Shown one piece after another: positions 26,166 to 41,009 of a stretch of DNA of 64,000 nucleotides. The notes under the pieces are model-generated. The model was given only the letters and a program-made list of their open reading frames with translations. It was not told where the DNA came from and did no database searches. This stretch comes from Octopus sinensis (Eukaryota): assembly GCF_006345805.1 (NCBI RefSeq), contig NC_042997.1, positions 90,706,001 to 90,770,000 of the forward strand, written 5' to 3'. Position 1 is the first letter of the stretch, and each line of letters opens with the position of its first letter. The position numbers were made by a program, and so were the translations under genes.

Positions 26166-27011
26166 TTTAGAATCTATTAGACAGCCTACTTGATGTCCAA
26201 AGTGTTTTAAGGTCTGATGGATAATGTAAAGTGTTAACCAGTCTAATGAATCTGATGGATAGCAAAAGAAATATATATATATATCTTCAACCAGATTGTT
26301 TCATTTATGTTTGATTAATTTGAATAGCTTAAAAAATTGACACAGCTTAATGGAAACCATAACATATTGCAATCTATCAAGCAACTTAAATTTACATTAA
26401 AGAAGAAAGATAGATTCAGGCATGGCTGTCAAATGTAGTGCTTATTTATTCACACTGTTTTGTGTGAATGACATTGAAGAGTAGGTGTGAGAGGCTGAAT
26501 CTGGCCAGTTTGAACATTAAAAAAACTGTAGATCATTTTGGCTGAATATGACCTGTTTAAATGCTAGAGGGTTAAAGAGTAAAGATATGGCAGAGTAAGA
26601 AGCTAACCATGTTTATAGTCTGCTGAACAACCTAAGCACGTCATGGTCTGCTTAACATTTGCAATATGTTGTAATCATAACATTTGCGATATGTTGTAAT
26701 CATAACTGAAACAAATTGTTTTTTTTTTAAGAACTCAAAATAACCAAATAAAGCAAAATCAAAATATTTAAAAGTAATTCATTTCTACTTAAAAAAAAAA
26801 AGAGAACATATTACTTCTAACATTGATCTGTTCTTTCATTTTTGTTTTATTTTGTTTTAAGCTTTTTTTTTCTTCTTGTTTTGTGGAAAAATAAATGGAA
26901 CAATTGAAATGAACATGAAAGAAAGAAAATATAACTCCATGTATTTTCTTCTTTTTCAACATTTGTTCAAAGAAAGAGTATAACTGTTTACAATAATAAT
27001 GTGTGCATGCA

Positions 27012-27046
<35 letters not shown>

Positions 27047-27329
27047 AGAAGTTGATGAGGAGCCTAGTGATGTGAATTAAATTTGGTGGATGAGGCATCT
27101 CCCTCTGATGGGTAGAGGACATGAGATATTTATCTGAAGTATTTGGTATAGCCTTTTATTTATTATTTTTGTCTGTACAGAAATGAAAATTTGATGCAAT
27201 GAACTAAATCCAATATACAACAACAGACAAACTAAAATGGAGATTGGTTTGGTGTATGAGTCAGTCAGTGAACTAAAGCAGGATGGTGGCGGTGGTGGTG
27301 GTGGTGGTGGTGGTGGTGGTGGAGATATT

Positions 27330-27865
27330 CAGTTGTGAATCAGTCAAGTGTAACCAAAACACAATGGATATGTGTGTATGTGTATGATTGTGAGACAGTC
27401 AATTCATCAAAATATGATGGGTAAAAGGTTGTGAGTTAACTGAATGGTTGATGGAGTAAAAGACATGTTACAGGTATGGTTGTGAGACAGGTTGTAGATC
27501 AAAATATGATGGATGTATGGTTGTGTGTCAGTCACAGTATTATATAATGTGGTTGTGAACCAGCAACCCATAACATGTTGGATGTGATGTGATTGTAAAT
27601 CAGTAGACCATAATATGAATGGGTGTGTGGGTGATCCCAAGTCAGTAGGCCATAATATGGATGAGTGGATGGTTCTGAGTCAGTAGATGATAACATGATA
27701 GATGTGTAGTTGTGAGGCAATAGAGTGTGGCAGATATGTAGCTGTGAGTCAATAGAACTTGACAGGCGTGTGGTTGTAGATCAGTCAACCATAACACAAT
27801 AGATATGTGTGGCTGTGAGTCAGTAGTCCATAACATGATAGATGTGTGGTGGTAAATCAGTCAGA
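27330..27865. repeat. Degenerate ~32-50 bp (mostly ~37-41 bp) tandem repeat, about 14 units, in the putative 3' UTR
   Basis: Approximate consensus GGTTGTGAGTCAGTAGACCATAACATGATAGATGTGT, for example at 27671, 27774 and 27811. Confidence 0.8.
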
Positions 27866-27951
27866 AAACTGAAATATACTTCATGTCACAACATTGCAAC
27901 AAATGAGGCAAAGTCATTGTTTTGAAATGGGGGAGTGGATGTGTGAGGCTT

Positions 27952-28041
27952 TTAAAAACCTCTCTGTATGGTTTGGTTAACATATTCTTCTAACATTGTA
28001 TCAACTTGATCACTATCTGTGTTGACATCAATCTCAATGTT
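27952..28041 (-). CDS. MORC2: MORC2-like protein, terminal coding exon
   Basis: Strong acceptor ttttcttttctttttcag, phase 0. Encodes NIEIDVNTDSDQVDTMLEEYVNQTIQRGF*, matching the vertebrate MORC2 C-terminus as I recall it ([23 protein letters not shown]). Confidence 0.88.
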   Translation of the reverse strand, partial: NIEIDVNTDSDQVDTMLEEYVNQTIQRGF

Positions 28042-28760
28042 CTGAAAAAGAAAAGAAAAAAGTTTTAATTAGATGATATGGTTTTGAATTTTTTATAAAA
28101 TGGTATTTATTTTACTGGTCCTCACATGTATGAAAGTAAGTCACAGCAGAATATGAAATTTGTGGCTTATTAATAGAGTAAGTGAATGGAGTACAAATAA
28201 ATTAACTTCATTTTGGAAAGTGAAATTATCAAATGAACAAAAGCATACCTTATGCAATACAATGCTGACCATTAAATAATAAATAACAATTTCGAATTTT
28301 GGCACAAAGCCAGCAATTTCAGGGGAGGGATTAAATCAATTACATCAACCCCAGTACTAAGCAGGTACTTATTTTATCAACCCCAGTGGAATTTGAACAC
28401 AGAACACAAAGACGGTTGAAATCTGTGAAACTTTTCACCAAGTGTGATATCTAAGACCAAGTAAAATAGCTAAGACAAGAATATATAATGAATCCTTCAG
28501 ACACAATGTTATAATAAGGACAACATTCTCCAATGTCTCTTTGAGAAACAGGATATCACTGACTGCATTATCTATTTTTCCTTTCTTTTTTTTAAGAAGA
28601 TATGAATTACATGCTATTCCTAGCAGATTGAACAACTACATAAAGGCTCCCTCACTAGTTCGTGGGAAAATACTGTAGAGTAGAAGTGTCCAAATTATAC
28701 CATCATGTTAAATTAACAACTATTATTATTACCATTATTATTATTATTATTATTATTATT

Positions 28761-29470
28761 AAGGCAGCAAGCTGGCAGAATCATTAGCATGCCAGGCAAA
28801 ATGCTTTGCAGCATTTCGTCTGCCACTACGTTCTGAGTTCAAATTCTGCCATAGTCAACTTTGCCTTTCATCCTTTTGGGGTAGATAAATTAAGTACCAG
28901 TGAAAATACCAGGGTCAATGTAATCGACTAGTCCCCTCCACACAAATTTGAGACCTTGTAACCTCCAACAGAAAGGATTATTATTATTATTATTACTACT
29001 ACTTTTATTATTTTTTCAGTTCAAATTCCACTGAGGTCAACTTTAAGGCAGTAAGCTGGCAGAATCATTAGTGCATCAGGCAAAATGCTTAGTGATATTT
29101 CATTCAGCACTTTGCATTCTGAGTTCAAGTACCACTGCAATCAACTTTGCTTTTCTTTTTGTGGTCAAAATAAAGTACCAGTCAAGTACTGGGGTTGATG
29201 TAATTGACTTACCCTTCCTCCTAAATCTACTGGACTTGTGCCAAAATTTGAAACCATTTGAAGCAGTGAACTGGCAGAATCATTACTAAGCCAGGCAAAA
29301 TGTTTAGCCACATTTCTTCTGGGTTTTGTGTTGAGTTCAAATGCTGCCAGGGTCAAATTTTGTATTTTGTTTTTAAAGTCAATAAAGTAAGTACCATTTG
29401 AGGACTGAGGTTGATATAACCAACTTTCCTTTTCCCTCAATATAGCTAACCTTGTGCTAAAATATTAGTA
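28761..29470 (+). mobile_element. Tandem cluster of SINE-B copies (CpG-decayed), with an opposite-orientation copy at ~28290-28430
   Basis: Repeated AAGGCAG.AAGCTGGCAGAATCATTAG...TTCTGAGTTCAAAT units with (TTA)n spacers. Confidence 0.85.
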
Positions 29471-29939
29471 AGAATTATAATTATGATAACAAAAATGATG
29501 CTGATGATTTCACACAATTTTCTATTAAATATTCATCCAATAATCTTTGTAGATGACTGCTTGACATTCAAGTGAAACCTTCACTGATTGAACAGAAATG
29601 ATCAAATTAACTCAAAGATTTAAGGGTGATGGAGGAAGAAGAAAAGATGTGTTTGTGAAAGAATCAAAAATATGAAAAAAGAGAACTAAAAAAGCAGCGT
29701 TGTAAAGAAACCTAGTGGAAGGAGTGAAATCCTACAACTGTCAATAGTTATTTATTTCTAGTGAAGCTAACATGTTACTGCAAGTCAGTTTAGGGCACAG
29801 ATCATCACAATTAGTCCTGCATACATGCGAATGAACACAGTGCTACATAATTATTTTTGTGCTGTTCACTAAAAAAATGAAAAAAAAGACACAATATACA
29901 TAATATGAAGGAGAGAGAGAGAGAGAGTGTGTGTGTGTG

Positions 29940-29983
<44 letters not shown>

Positions 29984-30855
29984 ATGTATGAATGTGCCTA
30001 AGTATGAACATACACACAAACACACATATGTATGAACACAAAAATATATGAATGCGTGTGTGAAAGGGAAAAAAAGGAAAAGAGAAAAAGAGTGGAATAT
30101 ATAGAAAAATGAATGAAGGAGAGAAGATGTAAGTCTATCAGTTACAACCTCACCAAAACGGATGTTCTGCGATCCATTTCAATTTTTTTCTACACACACA
30201 CACACACACACACACATACATACATACATACATACACACTCATTCTCTCTCTCTCTCTCTCATTTTAGAACTAAATTTGCCAGTAAAAAGATTCTCAAAG
30301 CTCATCGAATATTAATTAACAATTTTGCCTTCCTTTCCTTTTTAGAATATTATCTAATAATAATGTCTTCTCATCCCCTTTCCTCATTCTTCAAGGCCAA
30401 TAACTTCTGCCCTATCCTTAGAATATTAATGAGCAAGGCCTTCTCCTATTCCCATTTCATTTCATTATGCCAGCAGAATCTTAAAACAAACATTGAGCAA
30501 AAGAATTTCTCCTAAACAGAAAACTTCTCTAGTGCCAATTACAGAGCATCTATATCAGCTGTTTTCAGCCATTTTTGCCTGAGGACCACTCTGATTCCTA
30601 TTTAACTCATCTGGTCCTCCATAGTCATTCGATGTTTGAAAAAAAATCCTATTGTCTATTATCTTTTATTTGTTTCAGCCATTAAACTACAGCCATGCTG
30701 GGGCACCACCTTGAAGAATTTTAATCAAATGAATCAATTCCAGCACTTATTTTTTTTTAAACCTGGTACTTATTCTATTAGTCTCTTTAACTTAACAAAC
30801 CAACACCGGTTGTCAAGCTGAGGTGCAGGACAGACACAAAGACACACAATTAGGT

Positions 30856-30915
<60 letters not shown>

Positions 30916-33165
30916 GACAGGCTTCTTTCAGTTTCTGTCTACCAAATCCACTCACAAGGATTTGGTCAGCTCAAGACTATAGAAGAAGACACTTGCCCAG
31001 ATGCTAAGCAGTGGAACTGAACCAGAACCTTGTGGTTGAGAAGCAAACTTCTTAACTCAGAATCACACCTGTGCCTAAATATTAAATATCAGGAATGGTA
31101 TAAAAAGAATTGTAAAATATTTTGTGTATTGTAGAAGCATAAGCAATTTACTGCGCATGAATTTTAACAACAAAATCTTATATAGACCCCCCAAGGGGAA
31201 AGGGGGGAAATAAGGAGGGAGGAACGAACTAAATGTGGGCACTAGAAATTTAGGGCAAAAGAGAGTGTGATTATTAAATGGAATATTAAAAACCGAACCT
31301 CAGATAAATAGAGTAGTAAGAACAATAAGAGCAGAAGAGACTAAAAGGAGTTGATGTATAACAAATTCAATGTGCCTTAACTTAAATTCTATGTTGCTAC
31401 TAAGTACTGAAAGTTGAAATTTAAAAAAAAAAAGTTATGAAAATATAAAAGAAAAAGTGACTCATCAGTCACCATCACAGCTACTGCTAATACCACCGTT
31501 TCCTAAATATTGGAGTAAACACATTTTGTCTCAGCATATGGCTAGTCATAAGTGAATACCACTCATAAGGTCCAATGAGGCTGAAATGCTTTTGGCATTC
31601 TATCCAGCTGCTAGGATGATTTTTGTCTCCCTCTGATACATATATATATATATATTGTTTTCAAACACAGTATAGCCATAAGAGATGTTATCACTGGACA
31701 AATACTGCAGTAAATTGCCTTTCAACAATGATATGTATACATTAAGTATGATTCACAGATGGATATTTTATCTAATACTACTTCTATTGCATATAAAGGA
31801 TTAAAGTGATATTCAAAATAAAAAACTGCCAAAATACTATAACCACCAAAAGCCACAACAAATAACAACACCACCATAAACTCTACAAATAACAGCACCT
31901 CTGCCACCACAATCACCAATTATGATCACTACTACACTATACTATCTCATGATCACGTAAACTACCATCATTACTATTACTGCATGGCCACAGTCACAAC
32001 TGCCATCACCACCACCACCACTTTCACCGTCACATTGATGGTAGTGAGAGCACTGATGGTGATAGTAGCCAATGTAGTAGTTATGCATAATGACAGAAAG
32101 CAAACCTTTACTTAGAGCAGTTGCAACCGACCATTTAACGATGATGACAATGACAATGATGCCGGCAATGAAGGACAAGATGTCATTAGAGACATTCACT
32201 TAAACAGACAATTAAATTCATATCACTCCCAAAGTGGAGAAACTTCTCTGAGACTGGTTCGTAATCAATATCCTAACCGCCACACCTACTTCCTCATTTG
32301 CAAAAACAATCATCATCATTAACCTCACCTTCTCCCCCCCTTTCCATCAATGACCACCAATACCAGCTACTGACAAATAATCTAGTTCCAAAAAGCCAAA
32401 AGCAGGTCATAGCGTGACCAGTTCATTTTCCCATGGGGCCTGTTAAACTGGCATTTGGTTTCACTGTGGAATCAACCAATTGTTTAGTCTCTTAATGTCT
32501 TCAGACACTGACACAGTCACTACCAATACCCGCCCGCCTTGCCACTAGCAACCCTACCACCTTAACACCACTATCAGTACCTTTCCAGTGTTACTACTCC
32601 TACCAATACATTACTTTTACCACCAAAACCACCACACCTCATTGCCGTTACCACCACCACCAACATCGACACTAACATTACCACTGCCAAGACCAACACC
32701 CACTCCTTGTTACTACCTCTCCCATCTAGCCTCTATAAATTCCACATCACCACCACCACAACCACCAAACCCTTTTTTTCTCACCACCTTTAAAACACTC
32801 AATTTATCCAACTCCAACCCCTCATATTCACCCACTATAATCACTCCACCCACCACTGCCACAACCACCACCATCTTCCTTACTATATCACCATTGCCAC
32901 CACCATCTAGATTCATTAACAGACAATGCAGCTTATGCACCATTTCTTTCATGCTGTCACCAGTAACACTAAACTATTTACTGACTCTACCTCACACCAT
33001 TACTCATTTCAGCCATCTTGTTTTCTTTCACTCTAAACACTCACTCAGCTTCTTTCACTACCACTGCTACCATCACCACTACCACCACCAGCTGACATGT
33101 GCCTGTCATTTCAGATGCAAAGGTCCACCAATGACAATACCATACATACACATATAAACATACAC

Positions 33166-33207
<42 letters not shown>

Positions 33208-34405
33208 TATATATATACTTAAGCACATACATTTATATACTAATGGAGCTCAGTGTGTGTGTGTGTGTGTGTGCACGCGCACATGCATGGACACGCACAT
33301 ACTTGCCTTACTCCCAAGAGCAATTTGCATATATATAAATGCACGAATACATGCACACACACACACACAAAGCAGAGAAAATAATTAAAAAATATAGAAG
33401 AAAGTATGCACAGAGAGAGAAACAAAGGCATTGGTAGAGGAGGAAAGAAGTTTCCAAATAAACCAGATGCTGCAAGGATGCTACAATGACTGAGCACTGT
33501 AGCAGCATGATACAGACGGCCAGCAGAATCAAAGATGACAACAAGAAAATTAACTCTGTGCATAGGTAGGCACAATACAACCTGACTAGCAGTTGCACCG
33601 AAGCTGAAATTGAAGCAATCAGCAACAAGCTGTTCATTAGGATTTGTGCAATTGGAAACAGCTCGATAGAGTTTCAGAGCGCGAAACAACATTGCATTCC
33701 CAATGCCACTTGGAAGGTAAATGGAACCATGCATACATGTTGCATGCACACACATTGCATGTATTTGTATGTGTGTTATAAACATGATGGTGCATTTGCA
33801 TGTGTTGTTATCTGCAAATTAACCTTACAAAGTAAAAAAAGAACTTGATACTTCAGGTAGAGAAATTTTATTTTATATATTAGTTCCAGCCATTTTACTT
33901 CTTGTTGCTCAAAGTTTCATGCACTAAGGCAATGCTCCTACAGAAGTGGCTGATGAAAACAAAAAAGACTCTATTATGAATAGGTAATACAATACTGCAT
34001 GTATCTATAAATATGAGCTATATAGAACAGAGTATATTTTGTCAAACTAACACTTATGAATTGAATTGTGTGTGCATGTGTGAGGAGAGGGGGTTGTTTT
34101 TCCATGCTAGAATGGGCTGCACAGGAATTGATGCTGTGGAAAGATATTCACAGCCACACATCGTTCCTGTTGCCAACCTTCATGCGTTTTTCAGGTAAGG
34201 GATTTCAAGTCCTTCAAAAACACAAAGCAACTTGTAATGTTAACAAAGAACATGACATCACCATTGTTTCACTCCTTATGTGTTATATGCATATACAACA
34301 TGTAGTATAAGATACATATGTATCTCTATTCCCAACTAAAAGAAGATATGAACACACACGTGTGTATACAAAAGTTGAGAAGAGATAAAGCATCTCTTTA
34401 TATAC

Positions 34406-34450
<45 letters not shown>

Positions 34451-35281
34451 ATATTAATATATATGTGCATGTGTACATATATAATTTGCATATACTGAAT
34501 GTGTGTGGTTGGTATGTGATGAAAGAGCAAGTGCAGTTGCCATGCAATAGAGATACAAGGCTACTTTATGTTACATAAGAGTGGTTGACATAGTTGAAAA
34601 GCTGTAAAAACAGAAGTGGTGATGGGATGCTGGAGCATCTCAAGATACAAGATGGATAAAAGAGAAGATGCAGACAGTGGATCACAGGGGTGGATAGAAG
34701 GGGAGGTTTCATAATAGTGTTGGGAAAGATAGCCAGAAATGGGTGTAGAGGTGAATGTAGCAACTGAATTTGAGAGATATAGGAGTGGCTGCAGGGGGGG
34801 GGGGTACGTAGAGTGTGGTGGTAGATATGAGAAAGCAATGTGGGTGACAGCAGATAAGCAAGGCTTAAGAATGGAGTTAGCAGAGGAGAAAGAGAGAGAA
34901 AGTAAGGACTAAAGGTACAGAAAGGAGGTGATTTGGAGGAAATAGTGTGGGCAGGGATGATAATGAGAAATGGAAGTGGTTCCAAGGAGGGAAGAAGGAA
35001 GATAACTGGAAGGCAGGGGCTGTAAAATGTGTCTATTTTACTCTCAGGTGATCACAGTAGCTGAGTAGTACCATAGATAGAGAAGTGATGGAAGTTAAGG
35101 GATGATATGTGATAATGGGGATATCGGTGAAGGATAGCTGTGTGGTGAGAGGCTTCTTTCCGAACCACATGGTTCCGGGTTCAGTCCAACTGCTTGGCAC
35201 CTTGGGCAAGTGTTGTCTACTATAGCTTCGGGTTGACCAAAGCCTTGTGAGTGGATTTGGTAGACAGAAACTGAAAGAAGT

Positions 35282-35379
<98 letters not shown>

Positions 35380-38300
35380 TGAGAGAGAGGGAGTCTTTGT
35401 GTCAGGGTTTGTTCTACACCACTGTTTGACAACCAGTGTTGATGTGTTTATGCCACCATAACTTGGTGGTTCAGCAAAGAAACTGATAGAAGAACCAGGC
35501 TTACAGAAAAAGAAAAAAATAAGTATAGGGGATGGGGGTCGATTCAATGAACTTAAAGTTCTCCATGGTGGTGCCCCAGCATGGCCACAGTCTAATGATT
35601 GAAACAAGTTAAAACAATAAAAAGGTACAGAGAATATACCTAAAATCTTATGTAAGTATCATTCAAAGTCAAATGAATGCCTCGATTCACTTGTTCTAAA
35701 TCAGAATCAAAAGTACGCATAACTGGTGCAGTGATAGAGCTCTGCAACCAAAATGACAACAACAACAGAAGACATACTATTGTGATTACAAAAACAACAG
35801 AAGAGAGTAGCAACAACAATAGTAGCAAAAATCATAACCGCAAGTGTAAAGAAGGTTGGCAAAAAATTGTTATTGTTGTTGTTTTTCTTCTTCTTAGCAA
35901 TAAAGGTGACCAATAGTTTCTTTGATCTTCAATCAAATATAGACTACATGTCAGATTTTCAGCACTGGGACCTCCATAAGACTTTTATTGCATAAAAGTA
36001 GTTTGTTGTATAAGTGTGTGAGACTGAGAGAGAGTAAGAGTGCTTTATTTGCTGGTGTGTGTGAATGCATACATATTCTTGTATGTGAGTATATGTGTAA
36101 GTGTGTGTGGCACATATTCAACAGTACAACAATTCGCTATAGCTATATACAATAACAAGCAACAAACCTGGAAAACCCACACAATCTATTTGTCATCAGC
36201 TCCCTACAAAGCCATAACACTTACTTCAAACCAATCTCTTCGACCCATATCATAATCAAACTGCTGGTACCCTTTTATGTCATACTTCCACCACCCAGTC
36301 GGTTAATCTCCCCACCTCACCCCCATTTACCATTAGCAGCCAGCAATATTAACACTGCCACTACCAACACCATCATCATCACTGCTGTCATATTCTTCAC
36401 TATTTTCATTACTATCATTTAGCTCATCATTTTTATCATAGTTACTCATAAGAAATAATCATCGTTATCAGTTGTCATTATTATCATCATGATCATCGTT
36501 TAATGTTATTGTTATAATAATAATAACAACTTGCAATTACTATTACTATTATTGCATTATTTTATTTATCTATAAGAAATTATTAGCTGCAAAAGCATCA
36601 TAACCATCATCAGTTTTACCAATGTATCTTTATTACTGTTTTAAGAGTTAAAAAGTAAATAAATAAATCATCGCCATCATCAACATCCTGAAATCATTAT
36701 TATAGAAATAGATATAAAAAAACAACAGTGTGAGAAAAATGTGACAAGTGTTTGTAGTCTCACTGCCAGCTCTCCAACATTTTCTTATAAAACTCTTAGC
36801 ACCTCTCTACACTACATAACTCCTACCAAAAACAAGCTTGTTACCATGGATGCAGAAGTGCAAAGGTAGGGGAAGGTGACTGGCTTCAATCAATCTATCT
36901 TAACCCAAACTTTTTTTTTTGGTGGTTATAGCAAGAAAATAATTCTTTACAGTCCCATGGTGCTATTTCTACCACTACCAACAGTACTCGTCACTACTAC
37001 TACTACAACTAACTAATAATATCACTGCTACTATGATCAGAACCACTGTTTCCAAAATCACCACCACCACCATTTCCAATACTGATTAAATCACAATCAT
37101 CACAGTCACTACTACTACTACTACCACCATCAATGATACAACAACCTCAAACATTACCAAACAAAAACAAAAAACAGTGTGGGACTATCTTAATTATTAT
37201 CATTGCTACTATGACACCACCACAACTATCATCATACCACTCACCTACAATATCACTACCACAACCATCAATTAAGGAAGTGAAACAAAAAGTTTTTAAT
37301 ATAACTCCTCCCAAGACAAAAACTCTTTGTTAAATTTCAAGTGAATGGCATCAAACATCACAGAGTTATAAAACATATCTACCACATGTAGTCACATGAC
37401 AGATCATCTTCCTCTTACTTCAGAGATTCTCAATGTGGGCATACCAGGGGGACTCCCAAGGGAACATTGATCCTGTTAAAGGAAGTATTAGGCTTTAGGG
37501 GTCAGTGAGGTAACATAATTAACATACTAAATTTTACCTATAGTAGTAATTATATTATACATGATAAAACTAGTAATGGGAATTAAAATGAAATGATAGA
37601 CAAATAGTGTAGTCCTATTTCAAGCAGGTTGAGCAACTGCGTAGAATCTACACAATCGCTCACCATGATATAGAAAATTTAGTTAAGTAACCATGCCAGT
37701 GCTGGTGTCACTTGAAAAGCATTCAGTCTACACTGTAAAGTGGTTGGCATTTGGAAGAGCATCCAGCTGTAAAAACCTTGCCAAAATAATCTCATCTGTG
37801 CTGGTGCCATGTAAAAAGCACTCAGCCCACTCCGCAGGGTGGTTGGTGTTAGGAAGGGCATCCAATCGTAAAAACCATAACAAAACAGACACAAATGTAT
37901 AGTGCAGTCTTCTACCTGGCCAGCTCCTGTCAAACCATCCAACTCATCCCAGTATAATGATGATAATCTCATCAAGCACAGGAAAGTCAAACTTGCAATA
38001 TATGAAATAAATTTACAACTTTTGTCTTTATTTTTTTATTATTTCCTTGTTAAAGGCTCATATAATTCGTTTTTTCAGTAAAATTTATAAATCATCATTT
38101 ATGTTAAGTTAGTTTAGTCATGATACTTCACTCACAACTTAGAAGGGCGCTAGGCATAACTACTTAAAAAGGGATGCTACAAAGAAAAATGGTTAAGAAC
38201 CAGTTTTACTTCATTACCATGATCCTGTTTGTCCACAGCAATATCCCTACCTGACATCTACTTCGAGGAGATATTTTATTTTCTTTGCTCTATTAACATT

Positions 38301-41009
38301 ATTTCCAGCTCACAAGTTTCATGTGATTTTTTTTTAAATCAGAGCTGTGGGGTTTTTACTATTATTAAAACCTTGATTTTAAGAAACATTTGGTTCAGAA
38401 TCTTTCTATTGTATTATTATCATTTCAACATCCTCTTTTCCATACTTGCATGGGCCCAACAGAGTTTATTGAGGCAGTTATTCTATGATTGGACACCCTT
38501 CCTGTTTCCAAGCAAAGTAATACTTTCCCATGACCAGACATGTTCTTGCAGAATATTGGAAATGAATGGCACTGCTTGTATGACAGTGACACTCATTTAC
38601 AACTACCATGCAATGTCAAGACAATGGTACAGACAGACAGACAGACACACACACACACAACACACACACACACACACACAGAGGCGTCATTCAGTTTCTA
38701 TCTACCAAATCCACTCAGAAGGCTTTTGATAAGCCTGGGGCTATAGTAGTTGCCCAAGATACCACAGAACTGGATGCAGAACCATGTGGATGGGAAAGGT
38801 TCAGTCCTACTGTGTGGCACCTTGGACATTAGTTAATTATAAAGTCTATTAGCAAGAGTTTATTCTGATATATTTCAAACCTTCAATAGACAGAATATTT
38901 CTAATGAAATACCCTGTCTATTGAAAAATAATCAAGGACTTGCAGAGATTTAATAATTATAAAGCTAGTATTTAGAATATAACTTATACAAAAAAAGAGG
39001 ATTTTACATAAAATTTTGGTGGAAGGTTTTTATTTTGTAAGAACACTTTGAAAAGAGAGATCTTGTATTACAGAACTAGAGGCATTTTTAAGTAGGATGG
39101 TACTGAAATAATTAAACATAAGGCTACAACAAACCAAACTGTGACATGATAAACAACCAATGACTATGTTTTGTGGAGACATTTAGTTTTAGAGTAATAT
39201 GGCAAATATTGCTTTTGGTACAACACAATCATGTCTTGAAGCTTTTGTTACATTGTTACCAATGTCTTTTAAACTCAAGGGACTTAGTTCAGTTCTATTA
39301 ACTAGATGATAGATAAAATTCTCTTGGAAAGGATGCAGATTTATCTCAAATGATCTAGTACTTATTCCCAACAGCTAGCTAAACTGAAGCATGCAGTTAT
39401 GATTAAGTTATACTAATAATGAAATAAATATATTGCCTAAATACAAAACAAAATTCTTGCCTTAGATTTGAACACAAAATCCTTAAGCTGATAATCAGTT
39501 AGTTCCTTTATTTTATACAGAGAAAGATAGAAAAGAGAGGCATCACATGACCAGACACATGGTAACCAAAATGTAACGAAGAAACATCATACAGTTGAGA
39601 AATAAACAGAAAACTGAAAAAAAACAAAAAAAAAAAGCACTTGTAACTATCTTTTTTATTAATCACTCATTTTAAGCATTCAGATTACTTTGTCAAATAT
39701 TTATTCACTTTGTTTTGAATTAATTATACATTATTTCATAGCTATGAGATATTACATGATGTTTTTTTTTATTTCAGTCATTATATTATGGCCATGCTGG
39801 GGCACCACCTTAAAGACATTTTAGTCAAATGAATTGACCCCAATACTTATTTTTAAGCCTGGTCTTATTCTATTGATCTCTTTTGCAAAGTTATAGAAAC
39901 ATAAACATTCCAATACTAGTTGTGAAGCAGTGGTGGGAGACAAAGACACACACACAAAACAGACTTCTTTCAGTTTTCATCTACCAAATCCACACTTTAC
40001 TCTAGCCCAAGGCTACAGTGGAAGACACTTGCGCAAGGTGCCAAACAGTGGGTCTGAACCCAAACCAATGCAGATGGGATGCAAGCTTCCTACCACATAG
40101 CCATGCCTGTGCCTATAATTTGATTGTTGGTTTTTTTTTTAGTATGACATTGTATGGAAAGCATGAGCAGTCAGATCTGGTTGATTTGAATATAAAACAG
40201 GTTGGGTATTTTAACCACGGATTCAGATTTGAGAGGCATGCAATGAATAAACAGGTGTGAAAATAAGTGACAGGCAATGAAATTATCAACAGTTGGGTGA
40301 AGGAGAATGATGATCCAGTCCCCTGCTCTGCATGGGCATTTATTCAAATTGATCAATTCGTAGAAATAAACAGCAATACTCCACTAACACAAACGATATA
40401 ACACACTGGAGAAATGTAGCTGCTAATGGGGTGCCATGATATTAATTATGGAAAAGGTGTAGTGGATAAGCAGTCATACTCAAAGCAGACAGTACAAGAA
40501 TGATAAGGGTTGGAAAAAGCTTAGAAATATATTTGTAGATTGTAGTAGAAAAGTTTGTTTTGAAAGGAGGAGAGAAAGTTGGTGGGCTTGGGTACACAAC
40601 CATTTAAAGAAGTTGGTGGTAGTGGTGGTGGTGGCAACAATAACAACGTTGATGATGATAATGATGATGCTGAGTAGCTCTGGTTAGTTTTGCTTAGAAA
40701 GAACTATAAAACATAGCAAACTAAATGTCCAAGACTGTCGTGGATGAACTATGGATCACAGGCCTTTCTGAAGAATGACATCCCTAATACAAAATTACCT
40801 AAAGATCTTTTAGCAGTGTTGCCTGCCTGATGATGAGCTAGGTCTCATGTGGTCCCATTTCTCAAAAAAAGATCTATCCATTGGATCCAGAAAAGATTTT
40901 GATATGTTTCCTTAGGTTGATTTTGACCCTTAATAGCAGGCTTGCTGCCCTCATCTTCAGATTATTTTAAAGAAAAGAGTTTTTCATTTTTTTTTTGTGG
41001 CCAGGTTCT

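Noticed and set aside
27330-27865. CRISPR-like periodicity
   Set aside because: Units are degenerate throughout with no unique spacers, no cas genes are present and the context is eukaryotic.
32588-33157. 189-aa P/T/H-rich ORF
   Set aside because: It comes from a low-complexity (CAC/ACC)-rich intronic tract antisense to MORC.
33240-33785. 181-aa minus-strand ORF as a nested gene
   Set aside because: Both ends are microsatellite-derived and I recognise no domain. It is kept only as a non-coding island.
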